Shown in pieces: positions 1-14,700 of a DNA stretch of 64,000 bases. Source of the stretch: Squalus acanthias (taxonomy: Eukaryota); assembly GCA_030390025.1 (NCBI GenBank), contig JASTWF010000326.1, forward strand, positions 124,001-188,000, written 5' to 3'. The number at the start of each line of letters is the position of its first letter. Within the stretch, counting starts at the first letter, position 1. The notes below the pieces were generated by a model. That model did no database searches. It saw only the letters and a program-made list of their open reading frames with translations, and had not been told where the DNA came from. The translations under genes were made by a program, and so were the position numbers.

Positions 1-780
1 TTGCTGCAAATAAAGCACATTTATTAACATTACAGAGTACCAGTGCTGAAACAAGGAAAACAGAATCATTTTACTCATTAAAAAAGGAACATGGATATAA
101 TTTTTGTGTTCAATTATGTGACCAATTATGAATTATAGCTCATTTGAATTTCTCATTACAGAACATCAACAATTAATGGGCTGCCAGCACGAATGTTTTC
201 TACTCCATCAGTTTCTAAAAGCTGTGAACAAGCAGTTTCCTGGTTAGTCGATAAAAGGATCGAGCTAAACCAGCTGTCTACCTGTTCAGAACAAATACAA
301 GTGTGATAAGGACAAGCCAAGTATTCATTCACCATTATTTCTCCCAAGTCAGGTCGTGTGCTACTTCATCTAAAATTCACATCAAAAAGGTCATAATCTA
401 GGCTGTGGGTAGAACTGGAGATGTGTTAAATGTTAGACTGCCAAATCGTATGTCCATGCTTCTGGGGCAGTTAGAATTTAACTGGGGCAAGTGGTTATTT
501 TTTGGTGCCTTTCTTGGAACAGGTAAGCTTCCAAATATTTCAACACCTGCAACATTAGCATTGGAGATTGACATAGTATAGTTAATCAGCCAAAACGAGA
601 GATAAAAAGAACAGGACAGTGAAATCATACTAGAAGGCAGAATGTCAGAGCTTATTATTAATTTATATGGTTCTGAACTGCTCACATAAGTATTTCTGAT
701 GTACAGTTAACACTCAACAATACACTAGGTACCAAAATTGGCTCTGACCTGAAGCCAAACAATGGTAAGCAACTCAAACA

Positions 781-1022
781 TAAAACTATAAACGTTTACA
801 GCACAGGAGGTAATTCGTCCCCTTGTGTCTGTGCCAGTGCTTTGCCAGCACAATCCAAAACTAATCCCACTGCCTTACTCCCTTTCCATAGCCATTAATC
901 TTCCACTGCTTCAAATATTTATCCAGATTTCCCTTAAAAGATGCAATGGTCTCAACCACTCTGTGACAAAGCATTCCATGCACTAACAATTGTCTTTGTA
1001 AAGAAATGTCTCCTAATCTCTC
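781..1022 (-). mobile_element. Old CR1 LINE 3' end fragment
   Basis: Minus-strand ORF 861-1076 contains a CR1 ORF2 C-terminus-like stretch (RVVETIASFKGNLDKYLK..INGYG), followed by a degenerate CR1 3' UTR. Confidence 0.7.
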
Positions 1023-1286
1023 AAGGATAAATTTAATACCAGGGTTATTGAAAACAAAAGCTACAGTGAAGACCACTTAAAGTCAATTTAAGAATATTAT
1101 TTAACTGCGAGACCACTGAAGGTTAATTCCCCCATTTTCTTTCTCATCCGCAGTAATTATAGCTAGGCCAATGATGCTGACAGCTAAATTAGACAGTGAC
1201 TGAGGAGCTGGGAGTAAAACTCTGGTGCCCACTATACATATTGATGGGGCAGCTTGAGCAGACTTTTACTCTTCACCTGAGCATAT

Positions 1287-2055
1287 GGGCCAGAATTTAC
1301 TGTAGCTGGCGAGTGAACTTGCCCTTGACCATTTAATTTCTATGACCTTTTGCACTGGAAGTTGCGATCCAAACAGCGTGGCGCGCTCTACAGGGCAGCT
1401 GGGACCTGTGTAAACAGGACAAGAAACTGTGCATCTCCTCAAGCGCCTGGGCACATTTTACTACTTTCAAGGCGCTATACAAATACAAGTTGTTGTTGAT
1501 TGAAGTAGTGTTAATGAACAATGCAGAGTTTGAACGAGGAAGTCTAGAATAGTGAATTCAATGTCAAATCAGATACAAAAAGCAAAATAAAGAAGGAAAG
1601 AAAGATTGGATTAAGAGAGAGAGAGAGAGAGAGAGAGAGCGCGAAAAGAGACAAAGAAAAAAATTAAATCTCCAACAATTAAAACCTGAAGTAATAAGAC
1701 TCCACACTTGTAAAAGTTACTTTTCAGTGCCAGAGGTTATCTGGCAGTAATTCAAGATTCAACACATCATTAAAAAGGGTACTTAGAGAGAAATGGATAA
1801 GCCCCAACCTTTTGTGGCAAGTTTTGTCCAGATCTACGACATCAGTACAGGAACTTCACGCCGGGGAGTCAGACGGCGAGATGCCATTTTCGTACAGTTT
1901 ACGGAGGAGTGGCGGATCTCGGGCAGCAACTTCTGGATTTTTACGTTTAACTGCACATCTGCGCTCACCTGAAGTTGTTATCCGATTCGCGCATAAATAA
2001 ATGGTGAGTGCTGTTAGTCTCATCGTTATTTTTTTTTAAATAGTAATTTCTGGCC
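1287..2055 (-). mobile_element. Non-autonomous Harbinger-type MITE, family A, inverted relative to the 33430/60412 copies
   Basis: Ends GGGCCAGAATTTAC...GTAATTTCTGGCC. Body matches the reverse complement of 33430-34135 and 60412-61127 (e.g. AGACTCCACACTTGTAAAAGTTA). Carries an L2-type tail fragment (~1440-1498) and an expanded GA run. Confidence 0.75.
1614..1639. repeat. (GA)n microsatellite
   Basis: Pure GA run expanded from the MITE's GGATTAAGAGAGA purine tract. Confidence 0.9.
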
Positions 2056-2323
2056 ATTTATACCTAACTTGGGAAGACTAGATGTCTAAAGTGAATAAAG
2101 TTGTTTTGTCGACCAGCGTGGATATCATTCACTTTGATGAGCACAGAAAAACATTTATTTAAAACCAGAACACATACACAGAAAGCAATGTTGAAACTGG
2201 AATGACTAGCTAAAGCTAGCTAAATTAGGATTTTTTTTTTTTTAGTGATTATCATGCATTGTTGATATTTCTAAGAATTTTCAGACCTCCAGTTAAATTA
2301 CACTATGAAAACTACATAACTAC

Positions 2324-2917
2324 TGTAAGGGTAAACCAGGACAGCTTCTTCTCCCCGAGACGGACCCTCTGATATAAAGGGTCGACATCCGCCTTATTCC
2401 CAATCAATCACTCGGAGTCCGGAGGTTCGTTCAGTAAATCAACTTTATTACAAGTCGACATGGGGAGACATTCATCCGGGGACGAATGCTCTCCGATTGC
2501 TAAAATCCTTTGCCTTATATACAGTTTTTTGTTCTAAGTTGTGGCTTACATCATACAGTCGATTTCGGGTGCAAATTCTTGTAATCCGTGTGCACATTTT
2601 GACCGTTTACATTAGTCCTGTGACCCATATGTTATCTTTAATACATTCCTCATATAGTAACTGACGGTTTGTGCACATTATTCAATTAGTACCTGACGGT
2701 TTGACCGTTTGACCACATTCCACCATACTTCCCTTTGGGACATGTACATAACAACTCCTTATATGGTTGGATATATGCTCGGTTCCTCAATTCCCTCATT
2801 TTAGCCCTTTTTAACCCTTTCAACTACCTTAATATCTTTTATAATTCTTATTAATTCGTTCAGTCTTTTTGGTGTGCACACATTTACAAGTCCACATCGC
2901 ATGTTCAACTTCCTACA
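2324..2917 (-). mobile_element. Probable solo LTR (CpG-rich)
   Basis: TGTAAGG...TCCTACA termini. On the minus strand a TATA box (GTATATAAGG, 2513-2522) precedes AATAAA (~2444-2449). Repeated GTGCACA and TGAC(C/G)GTTT motifs lie in the putative U3. The left boundary is ambiguous because ACAGCTT is repeated at 2341-2347 and 2915-2921. Confidence 0.6.
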
Positions 2918-4759
2918 GCTTAATGATCAATATGCAACCTTCCAGTTCTTTGGGAAGAGTACCACTCCCTTTAAATTGGAAATTTAATCGAAATGTTTAA
3001 CTATTACAACAAGCAACATAGCGTGTATTATTTACATTATTTTTTTCTTGAATTAACATGGTCTTGTAGAACGGCTACTCATGTTCATGTAAAGCCCTGT
3101 TATTGCCACTTTCTTGCTCAGTGATTATAAAAGGGTTTCAATATACTGGCATATAATCACTTGACTATATACACAGACCTATGATGAATAATATATTAGG
3201 ATAATTGTATGCCCTCTAGACTCGAGGCATATTTTATTATTCATGTGTCTCAGGAATATGATAGCCACATCTCGTTTCACAGTGAGCAATGTTATTTTAT
3301 ATTTCTCCAAGCCTAATAAACAATGATAGATTAATTTTAAGTTTATTACCTCCTCAGGGTTTCCATATATCTGTCTCTCATTTGTCAAACAGTGCCAGCT
3401 CTGTATTAGAAAGCATTTTAATTTAGAATTTTTAAATAAGAATAAAAATTGAAGAAAGAGAAATGAATCCCTATTGTTATATATAAAATAGCACACGGAT
3501 ATAATGAAGCTGAATATTTCCCATGTTGATCACCCAACTCTCTGTGCTGTAGATGAGTGTACTTCCAATTACACTTCCAGTTTGCCAGATTGTAGCTGGA
3601 GGGAAATTTTCTTCAGGTAAGCAAAAACAATTTTAAAAACCCCAAAAAAGCAGTGCCATAATGTGGGAATAAAATGCACCACTCAGAGTACAGGACTTGA
3701 TGACTATTATCAGCGTCTTTAACCACAACCATAACATGGTCACACCTTCTGCCAGTTGCTATGTTGGCAAGTGTTTGGCTATTCCCCTCACCCACACAAA
3801 TACAGTTTTGAGTTCTTGTGCCATCGTTTCATAATCCAATTTGTTTGGTCATCCTGCCCCCTACCACTTCCCTTGGTTTTCCCAATAGGATTGTATGTAA
3901 ACTTCTTTGTGCTATATAAAGCATATATATTTCAGATATTTCCCTTAGGCTTCTCTGAAGTTTGACTACTGCATTGTTAATTGATGAATTGTGTCTGCAT
4001 TATTCCGGCCTTCAGTGCCGACTGGAAATTCTTTCTGCAAGTCCCATCTCATTGGTCTGAGTTGTCTTCAACTTTTGGCTGTGTTTCAATGAAATTATTT
4101 GGTTCAGATCACTATTTAATAATCTTCCACTTGGCACAGCACACCTGTATGATCAGAAGTTAATTGCTGATGTATAACTTTGATATGGTTTTATCATGTA
4201 TGTACTACCGGTTTTACTCCTACATTGAGTAATTAAAAATTATTTGTACAGGTTTTCCCAGAAATAATGTGGTTACTTCGAAATTGGATGTTGATTGTTC
4301 TTTAGTAGAGGACCTGTGCAGACCAGAACAAAGGGCTGTTGTGAGTGCTTCAATTCAAAGAGGTGAGTCGAAGAACAATTTCTACACTGCATTAAAGAAT
4401 AAAGCAGAAAAACAATTAATTACGCATAATCCTCAGTGCACCAACACATTCTACTTTTTAGAATCACTGAGGATTTCAAAACACAGCCATTCACTTTTCC
4501 TCGTCAAATTTTAAATTTTTAGGGTAGAGTATTCTTTAGGAGAAGCAAATTGCCCTTTTTCAATGGAAGTGCATGGGCTTAGTACTCAGAGATAAGGAAA
4601 GATTGATATCACTAGCTGCCACATTTGTTCTTGAACTATTGTGCAGCATTGTATTTGAACTTTTCCATTATAAAATAATGGAGCCACTCGTGACTGTCCT
4701 TGCATAAAATAAAGAGTTCAGTAACACATCATTTATAAAAACCAATCATGTCAGTTTAT

Positions 4760-5001
4760 GGTAAAGACAGGACTTAACTTTGTGGTGAGTTTAGTTCGTA
4801 TCTATCGTGCAAATACAGCAACTTCACACCATAAACACCGAGATGCCGTTTTCTTGAAGCCAGTGGCGAAACTCGGACAGCAACTTTGGAGATCCGCATT
4901 TAACCACGCATCTGCCCCTCGCGTGAAGTTACTGTCACGTTTATGTTTAAATAACGGGGAGTGCCATTGGCCTCACTTATTTTGACAGCAAAATCTGGGC
5001 C
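4760..5001 (-). mobile_element. Truncated MITE family A copy
   Basis: Ends CAGCAAAATCTGGGCC. Body resembles 1790-2055. Confidence 0.6.
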
Positions 5002-7636
5002 ACTAAGTTGTTCAAATTGGAAAGCTTGTAATTTTTTTAAAAGGAAAAATAGCTTGTAAAGTTAGGTTATTAGCTAGTTGGCACTTATCTTCGCACTTTG
5101 TACTATATTTTTCAAATAACTGTGGGCAGTTTACATCATGCATTTAGCACATCCCACTATCAGTTGCATTATATACATGGGTGAGATTATAAACCAGAGG
5201 TCTCTTAAGAAAATTCTAACATGAGACATGCACAAGATACACGGTTGATTTATAATACATGTACAGGAGCCTCAACTATGAATCAATTTAGGTTTTTGGA
5301 GGAGAAATGTTTGAAAGTATTCCCTTGAAAGAACACATGATAATCTACCAATATGAAAAAGGCATATAGGTTAAATGTCTTGCCTGTGATAGCCAAGAAA
5401 TAGACATGACCTGTTTATGGTTCTCATATTTATTGATGGCCTATAGGTGTTGTCTGTGATCTTAAGTGGTGGTCTATTAATTTGCTTTTTATTTGCCCAT
5501 CAACACTGTAGAGCAAATTTAGATGCCAAGCACAACCCCTTTCTCAATGAATTGTATATATAATACTGTTATAATGGGCTCCACTGAGCCCGTGTACTTT
5601 AAAGATCCAACATGAAAGAACAGCCTGCTTAGTGTAAAATACTGTGTAACATGGTTGTCAAATCATATTTAATATCATGCCTGATGTGAGGGATACAATT
5701 TCTACAAGAAACCCTGCAATGTCTGCAATAATTCCCAATATATAGCTAAATGTCTCCACAATCTGTGTCCCTTTAACAAAATGCTTCCACCTTGACGAAA
5801 GGGTTTTGGCAAACCGTGTTGCACATTCCTGTTTGGACATATTCTGTCATTTGTGGCTGCCACTGGGAGGGCGGGGTCTGCACTCTCCTTCATTGTGACT
5901 TTCGGTCTTTTTTTTTCTTTGAATTCTTTTTCTTTTGGTTTTCTTCCCTGCCTACATGTCAGAACTTTTGTTGTCCAGTTCCTCTTTAGCTGTCTTATTT
6001 TTTTTAAGTTGGTGCTCTTGTATATAAAGAATCCGAAGAGGTAGAAAGTAGAGAGAGCCAAATGGAGGGCAGAGAATCACATCAATACATAGAACTCACA
6101 AGGAGTCTGAGTAGCAGGGGGTGTATGTCCCATGTCAGCACCATGTACATGGGGAAAACCTTCAATTTTACCATACAAATCATTTCTCTCATTTTTCAAG
6201 AGGTGAAGTAAATTTTTTCAGTTGGAACTGTGCAATCTGAAAGCATCCTTGTTCTAGTTGCTTCTATCTAGCAAGAGAAAGAACCAGCTGTAGCACAACA
6301 TGAATTCAAGAAATACTTGCATTTATTCAGAAATATTTTGGAAATCAAAATTCATAGACAGTGTTTAGCCACCAAAGTATCCAGCTTTAAGAGGTGTATA
6401 CTGTTGTTGGACTTGTTGATATGTCTGGATTAGTAACAAGTTATCAGATTGTATCATGGAAAAAGTCTGTAAATGGAAAAGGTAGCATTTTCTGGTGTTA
6501 CATCCATACCTCTGAGAAAGGGTCTTCCACCAAAACATTAACTTATCTTGTTTCTTTACAGACCCAGGGCCCAAAATTGCTCTACTGTTCCAGCAAACAC
6601 CCATCGTAACGCGAGTGGGAGTCCAGCAAAATGGTTATAATCTCCGCTGGGGCCGAGATATGCTGGACATGAGCATATGTTTTCTGTAGCCTGGTTTAGG
6701 ACACAGCCTCTGTTTACCCCAAACAAGGTCACTGTGCAGAAGGAACAGGGCGGGGTCAAGTACAGTGACTCTCTTTGTTAGGAGTTCCTGGATCGTCACA
6801 TGTACAGTGACTTGGCGTAAATTTCGAGGTCTGTATGTTGTGTGAAAAGAAGCAGGAATTGTGGCCTAGGCAGAACAGGAGGCAATGATACAATTGAAAA
6901 AAATTTCAAGCAGCTCTCTTGGCACAGATTGTTGGGGACACAGGCTGCCAGTTTTGTGGGTAGGTAAGCATAACTACTGAGGTGATGTCCCCAAGGAATT
7001 TGAGACCCACTGACTTGTTATGCATTGCCAAGATTTTCTATTTTCTTTCATATTTCCATTATTTGAATGTTCTCTTGCTTTTAAACCTCCTACTGTTTCA
7101 AGATCTATTTGATCTTCAACAACCATTCTCTACTCACTGAATGATTACATGATCTGACAATAGCATAGGAACACTGCAATTTCAAGGCAGAAGCTGAAAC
7201 TTCAACATTGCGAATAGACAGGACTAGTTAAGAGAGACAAATGAAAAGAGGACTGAAAAATTAAACCAGAGGACACAAGCTACAGCATTTACTCAGAGCT
7301 TTCTTTAACCTGTCATTATGGCAGAAGTTTTTCCACTCAGTCAAATCAATACAAAGGTGCCATTGGTTACTTCCAAGACTCAGTAGCCTGTAATAATTTA
7401 CTTGTGAGAATCCAAACTAATATGTCTTTTATTGTGGAAAGAATTGTAGACAAATCTAGAATTATTTGATGCCTTTCCAAATGCATGAGTGAAAAGGCAC
7501 TTCTGCTGAAAATAAATGCATTTACCGTTTTCATGGAAATGACTGTGGTCTCCAGGTGCTCTCTTACAAATAAACCATTGTGACCCAATCCCAAATGGGA
7601 GAACGAAAGAAAGAAAATGTAAATTTGTAAGATACA

Positions 7637-8826
7637 ATGGGGAGGGTTGATAAGGGCAGTGCGGTTGATGTGCATCCGGACTTCAAAAGGTGTTTGATAA
7701 AGTACCACATAAGGAACTTGCCAGCAAAATTAAAGCCCAAGGGATTAAAAGGACAGTGGCAGCATGGATACAAAATTGGCTAAGGGACAGAAAACAGAGA
7801 GTAGTGATGAACAGTTTTTCCAGACTGGAGGGAAGTCTACAGTCGTGTTTCCCAGGGGTCGGTATTAGGACCGCTGCTGTTTTGATATATATTAATGACA
7901 TGGACTTGGGTGTACAGGGCATAATTTCAAAGTTTGCAGATGATACAAAACTTGGAAAAGTAGTAAACAATGAGGAGGATAGTAACAGACTTCAGGAGGA
8001 CATAGACAGACTGGTGAAATGGGCAATCATATGGCAGATGAAATTTAGTGCAGAGAAGTGTGAGGTGATATATTTTGGTAGGAAGAATGAGGAGAGGCAG
8101 TATAAACTAAATGGTACAATTTTAAAGGGGTTGCAGGGGTTGCAGGAACAGAGAGACCTGGTGGCGTGTGTACACAAATCTTTGAAGGTGGCAGGGCAAG
8201 TTGAAAAAGATGTTTTTTAAAAATGCATATGGGATCTTTGGCTTTATTAATAGAGGAATAGAATACAAAGCAAGGAAGTTATACTAAAACTTTATAAAAT
8301 ACTTGTTAGGCCTCAGCTGGAGTAGTGTGTTCAATTCTGGGCTCCACACTTTAGGAAGAATGTCAAGGCCTTGGAGAGGGTGCAGAAGAGTTTTACGACA
8401 ATGGAACCAGGGATGAGGGACTTCAGTTATGTGGCGACTGGAGAAGCTGGGGTTGTTCTCCTTAGAGCAGAGAAGGTTTAAGAGGAGATATGATAGAGGT
8501 GTTTAAAATCATGAATGGTTTTGATAAAATAAGGAGAAACTGTTTCCAGTGGCAGAAGGGTCAGTAACCAGAGGACACAGATTTAAGGTGATTGGCTAAA
8601 GAACCAAAAGTGACATGAGGAAACTATTTTTTTACATATCGAGTTATGACAATCTGGAATGCACTGCCTGAAAGGGTGGCGGAAGCAGATTCAATGGTAA
8701 CATTCCAAAGAGAATTGGATAAATACTTGAAGGGAAAGAATTTACAGGGATATGTGGAAAGAGCAGGGGAGTGAGGTGAATTAGATAGCTCTACCAAAGA
8801 GGCACGATGGGCCAAATGGTTCTAAG
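7637..8826 (+). mobile_element. 5'-truncated, frameshifted CR1 LINE (RT plus 3' UTR)
   Basis: ORF 7690-8220 contains FDKVPH..KQRVV..ISKFADDTKL..LQEDIDRL..WQMKF. Downstream LE.CVQFW and RGHRFK motifs, then a 3' UTR. Confidence 0.95.
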
Positions 8827-10114
8827 GAGAACAGAAAAAGAATTAAGAGAATTAAACCAAAAAAAGAGAGCAATGTAATCCAATTGTAACATTAACAGGA
8901 GTCCTGATTGTTTGGCAAACAGACCATCTTGAATCGAAGACAGCAAAGGAAGCTGCCTTTCGACAGCCTGACCTCCTTTCCCTGACATCACATGGTACAC
9001 CAGGAGAGACACATGGTCTGCTTTCCTGTTACTACATCTCACTCCAGAGAACTGAAGACAAAGAATGCTAAAGAAAAAAATTACATTTACAAAATAAATA
9101 AAAGCGATAAAGGTCAGTGGAAAAATTGAAATCTCATTGCATTTCCTCATAAATCAACACGGAGACAAAATTTAAATTGGACTTCTATAAAACAAATATT
9201 GTTTTTAATTTAGTTTCATTGTGGACATGTTAGCCTCTTAAACCAAAATGTGGAATAAATTGACATTTTTTACATTAACTGATGATGAGTAGTTATATAT
9301 TTAAATTAAAATCTCAGTAAATGCACTGCAAATAACCAATATTTAGGGATCAATAAGTAAAAAGACTTTTCAGGTTCACATAACTGCTCAATGTACATGT
9401 TAATGCAGTACATCTTCTACTTAAAAGACATACAACTGAAGGCAAGAGTGTCTGCTTCAGGAGTTCATGTGGAATTGTGCAAAGTAAAGGAGTCAACAAT
9501 AAATAACCCATACAGACAGTAGCCCATCTTAAGGTCTGCTTCTTTTCTGCACTGTTGTAACATACTGTGGTTTCAAACAAGCAGCACCTTTCAATAAATC
9601 AGCAAGAAGTCCAGAGAGAAATCTTAAAACAGCAGTAAATAATACAGCAATCCCTCTTTTGATATCGACTGAAGGTATATCAATCATTCCCAACTCGCTA
9701 TTGATTGAGTGAGGAAAGCAAGAGAGATTCTGATAATAGAGATATTGTATATCAGGAACTGGAACAGTGCATTATAACGTATTGTTGTATTACGAGTTTT
9801 TTGATTTTTTACTGCATTATACAATCACATTAGTTTAAAGGCATCTCAATAGAAAATAAAAGCCATCTAGGTTAACGGGTGCAAAATAACCAAGAGTGGC
9901 CTTGCCTCTTCTCAGCTGCACTTGTAGTTTATTGTAATGTCGGGTTGTGCCTGTGTTAATCGAAACAACTACACTTAGATGTCAGTTACATGTTAACTAT
10001 TCATCTAGCCTTCCTGAAGTAAATCAATTGCTATCTGGTTTGGCAGTTGTTAGGCACAAACGTTAGTGCTTGGGCATGGAACACTTTTCCTTTCCAGACG
10101 TCTGAGCATCTAGA

Positions 10115-10507
10115 AATAAAGAATTTGCATTTATATAGCACCTTTCACCTCCTTCGAACATTTAAAAGTGCTTCACAGCCAAGGAAGTCATTTTGAAATG
10201 TAGTCACTGTCGTAATATAGGGAAACATGACAGCCAGTTTGCACACAGTAAGGAACGGAATAAATGACCAGATAATCTGTTTTTATTGGCATTGAAGGAT
10301 CAGTGTTGGCCAGGACAGAGAACTCCCCTGCTCGTCTTCGAATAATGCAATGCGCATCCAAAATGAGAGGCCAGTCGGGGCCTCAGTTTAATTTCTCATC
10401 CAAAAGATGACACCTCCTACAATGCAGAACTCTGTCGGTACTGCACTGAAGTGCCAGTTTAAATTGTATAATCAAATCTCTAGAGTGGGGCTTGAATCCA
10501 ATACCTA
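10115..10507 (-). mobile_element. DeuSINE (SacSINE1/AmnSINE1-like)
   Basis: On the minus strand: B-box-like GGATTCAAGCCC, then a Deu-domain-like GTGTCATCTTTTGGATGAGAAATTAAACTGAGGCCCC, then an L2-type tail GTGCTATATAAATGCAAATTCTTT. Confidence 0.8.
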
Positions 10508-11724
10508 TTTTCTTTTGTTCTTTGTAATTCCCAAGACAGTAACAACATTGAGGCTTTGAAGTGTGATTACTAAGGATTTTGTTAGTGGCAATGAAAACGT
10601 ATTAGCCAATTATGACACAGCTGTAATAATGATCCTTTAATACTTTAAGTAGCTAACAAGCCACTTAGTTGATATGAATCTCAAAAAGTTTGTGAATCCT
10701 GCTGTGGAGTACAAAAATGTGTAAAATGGCTCCAAGACAAGTTTGAAAGATGTTTTCCATATCAAACCCTGGAGACACATTTCTATTGTGAATGAAAAGT
10801 GTGAGCACATTTTGTTAGGAAACTTGGCACCTTACAATAGAAACCCAAGCCAAGGTAATGCTAACAAACTGAAGCAGCAGCTGACCATCTAAAGAAACTG
10901 GACAATTAAAAAAAAGAGTACCAAGGTAAGTAGTAAACATTGTTGTAAAGTATCTAGAAACAGAAGAAAGTAGTCATTGTTAATATATACCAAACTCACT
11001 GCACTAGTGAGGAAGACAAGATGTAGCAGAAAATTACACGGTTAAGAAACTGATGTGCACACCATGATGGGAGAGAGACGAAAATGTAGGAAGGAGTTTT
11101 CACGCTTCAAATCATCCTGTCTCAATCACCACTGCTCCCATGTTTTGAGGCAAAATGTTTAATCCACTTAAGAGCCATGCAATATATCCTTAATTTTAAC
11201 AGGCAGAATAAGTCATCCAATGATGTTACAACCACATAGCACTAAACCAGCTAATTTCAACATACATATCTCATGTGGAAGATACATGAATTAAATAGGT
11301 CAGTCTCAGCTAGTTGTAATATATTAATTATATTCCCTTTAGATCATAAATTCATTGCTTTTATACTTAAGAGTGTGTGACAAATGTCAAGATTTTGGGT
11401 TAATTTATGTTAGTGATGTTGCTATGAAGTTAATTTCAGACCACAGGTATTTAACTTCGAGCAACATACAAGCTATCTGGGATGCTGATTAGGTCAATTA
11501 GCTGGAGTGCCAGACAACATAGTTAACAGTATACCATATTAGTTTGAGATAAGGGGAATCATCCACCACTTCCAAAGCGATATTCTCACCATAATGTTCA
11601 AATGGCTTCCATTCATTGAGCCCAGCAGGTGGTCTAGCTAAAAACGGGAGTTCCTCATTCGAGGACAAATGCAGAAGCTTATCTTTGTTAATCCAAGGAA
11701 GAAGGCAGATGAATATCATACATC

Positions 11725-14700
11725 AACTAATTTGGCAGGGGGCTGGGCACCAGGATATTAGGAGGGAGAAACAAAGTGCACAAAGGATTGGGAGGGACAG
11801 ATAGCACTAGAGTAAGAAATAGTGAGGTATTAGGTGGGGATACAAGGAGAATACAAGGAGGCCTAAGATAGGTTTACAGTGCGTGTGTGTAAACGCACGA
11901 AGCATGGTAAATAAGGTTGGTGAGCTGCAGGTGCAAATAGCCACATGGGAATATGATGGCGTGGTGATAACGGAGACCTGGCTCAAAAAAGGGCAGGATT
12001 GGGTACTAAATATTCCTGGATATAATGTGTTCAGGGAAGATAGGGAAGGAAAAAAAGGCGTTGGGGTGGCAGTATTGGTTAATGAGAATGTTACAGTGCT
12101 GGAGGAGAGCAAGGATGTCCTGGAGGGGTCACGGACAGAATCTATTTGGTGAGAGTTAAGAAACAATAGATTTGCCATTACACTACTAGGTGTATTCTAT
12201 AGGCCACCAACTAGTGGGAAGGATATAGAGGAGCAAATTTGTAGGGAAATTACAAAGAGGTGCAAGAACTATAGAGTAGTGATAATGGGGGACTTCAATT
12301 ATCCTAATATAGACTAGGATAGTAATAGTGTAAAGGACAGAGGAGGAATAATTTCTGAAGTGTGTTCAGGAGAACTTTCTTGATCAGTATGTTTCCGGCC
12401 CAATGAGGAAGAAGACATTGCTGGATCTGGTTCTAGGGAATGAGGTGGGTCAAGTGGAACAAGTGTCAGTAGGGGAACATTTAGGGAACAGTGAACATAG
12501 TTACATAAGGTTTAGATTAGCTATGGAAAAGGACAGGGAGTAATCTGGAGTAAAAATGCTTAATTTGAGGAAGGCCAATTTCAGTGGGTTGAGAACAGAA
12601 TTAAACCGGCTAAATTTGAATCAAAGATTGGTAGGCAAAACTGTAATCGAACAATGGGATGCCTTTAAAGAGGAGATAGTTCGGGTGTAGTCGAGGTTCA
12701 TTCCCACAAGGGGGAAAGGTAAGGCAACCAAAATTGAAGCTCCCTGGATGACGAAAGAGATAGAGTGTAAACTGAAGCAGAAAGAAGAGAGTGCATATGA
12801 TAGATGTCAGGTTAAGAATACAAGTGAGAATCAGGCTGAATATGGAAAGTTCAGAGGGGAAGTGAAAAAGAAATGAGGGGCAGAGAGAGTATGAGAATAG
12901 ATTGGCAGCTAACATAAAAGGGAATTCAAAAGTCTTCTATAGGCATATAAATAGTAAATGGATAGTAAGAGGTGGGGTGAGGCCGATTAGGGAACAAAAA
13001 GGAGACCTACGTGTGGAGGCATGAAATGAGTACTTTGCATCTATCTTCACCAAGGAAGAAGATGCTACCTAAGTCATAGTGAAAGAGGAGGTAGTGGAGA
13101 TACTGGATGGGATACAAATTGATAAAGAGAAGGTACTAGAAAGATTGGCTGTACTTAAAGTAAGTAAGTCACCAGGACCAGATGGGATGCATCCTAGGAT
13201 GCTGAGGGAAGTAAAGATGGAAATTGCAGAGGCATTGGCAATAATCTTTGGCATCACTCCTGTATCTAAGGAGGATGGAGAGGACTGGAGAACTGCAAAT
13301 GTTACACCCTTGTTCAAAAAAGTGTGCAAGGATAAACCCAGCAACTACAGGCCAGTCAGTTTAACCTCAGTAGTGGGGAAGCTTTTCGAAACAATAGTCA
13401 GGGACAAAATGAACAGTCACCTGGAAAAGTGTGGATTAATTAACGAAAACCAGCACAGGTTTGTTAAAGACAAATTGTGTTTAACTAACTTTATCGCTTT
13501 TTTGATGAGGGCAATGCAGTTGACGTGGTGTACACGGACTTCAAAAAGATGTTTGATAAAGTGCCACATAATAGGCTTGCCAGCAAAGTTGAAGCCCATG
13601 GAATAAAAGGAACAGTGGCAGCATGGATACAAAATTGGCTAAGTGACAGGAAACAGAGAGTAGTGGTGAACGGTTGTTTTTCGGACTGGAGGAAGGTATA
13701 CAGTGGTGTTCCCCAGGGGTCAGTACTAGGACCACTGCTTTTCTTGATCGAAATTAATGACTTGGACTTGGGTGTACAGGGCACAATTTCAAAATTTGCA
13801 GATGACACAAAACTTGGAAGTTTCGTGAACAGTGAGGAGGATAATGATAGACTTCAAGAGGACAGAGACAGGCTGGTGAAATGGGCGGACACGTGGCAGA
13901 TGAAATTTAACACAGAAAAGTGCGAAGTGATACATTTTGGTAGAAAGAACAAGGAGATGCAATATATACCAAAGGGCACAATCCTAAAGAGGATGAAGAG
14001 AGAGACCTGGGGGTATATGTGCACAAATCATTGAAGGTGGCAGGGCAGGTTGAGAAAGCGGTTAAAAAAGCATACGGGATACTGGGCTTCACAAATAGAG
14101 GCATAGGGCAGAATTTTCATTGACCCGTGGAGGCGGGTTTGGAGGCGTGTGGGATGGGAAAATAGCAGATTCGGGGGTCCTGAACCCATCCCGCCCCCAT
14201 GCCAGTTTCACAGGAGGCGGGTACCCGACCTGTGCTGGGACCCGCCTCCCCGAGGCGGGAAGGGGATCAGTGCCAATAAACTGCCTGTTAACAGGTAGTT
14301 TTTTGCCTAATCCCTATTTTTAGCCCTGAAGTGTGGACTTCCCGACAGGTCCGAACCACGCCAATTTAGCGAGGTGGACCGTTGGTCTGGAGGGCTTGGA
14401 GGGGTCGAGATGTCCGGTGTGCAGGTGAGTGATGGGAGCATGAGTGCAGAGGTAAGTGTGTTTGGTGTGTGTAGAAAGTGTTTTAAGAACTTGTACTTAC
14501 CTTAACTTTGTCCTGCAGGCTTCCATCCTTCAGTTCTCGGGAGTCCCTCAGCTCACCGGCACAGAAAGCAGAATGGCCGCGGAGCTGTCAAAAGCTGCAG
14601 TCTCTGCTTTCTGTGCTGGATTGATTTCTAACTGAGTCTAAGTACAGGGACTCACGTTAGAAATCATATTGACAGTGTTTGACAGCTTCACAGAGCTGTC

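Noticed and set aside
156..685. Minus-strand ORFs with AG acceptors (VDSWFSS..PLIVDVL; GVEIFGSLP..)
   Set aside because: No recognisable domain. Competing splice-like signals on both strands give no consistent gene model.
5702..6061. 119-aa Lys-rich ORF
   Set aside because: The Lys run comes from an A-rich tract. No recognised homology and a weak donor.
6564..7013. Possible MITE start (GGGCCCAAAATT) and hAT-like end (TTTGAGACCCACTG)
   Set aside because: Could not pair either end with a matching TIR or TSD.
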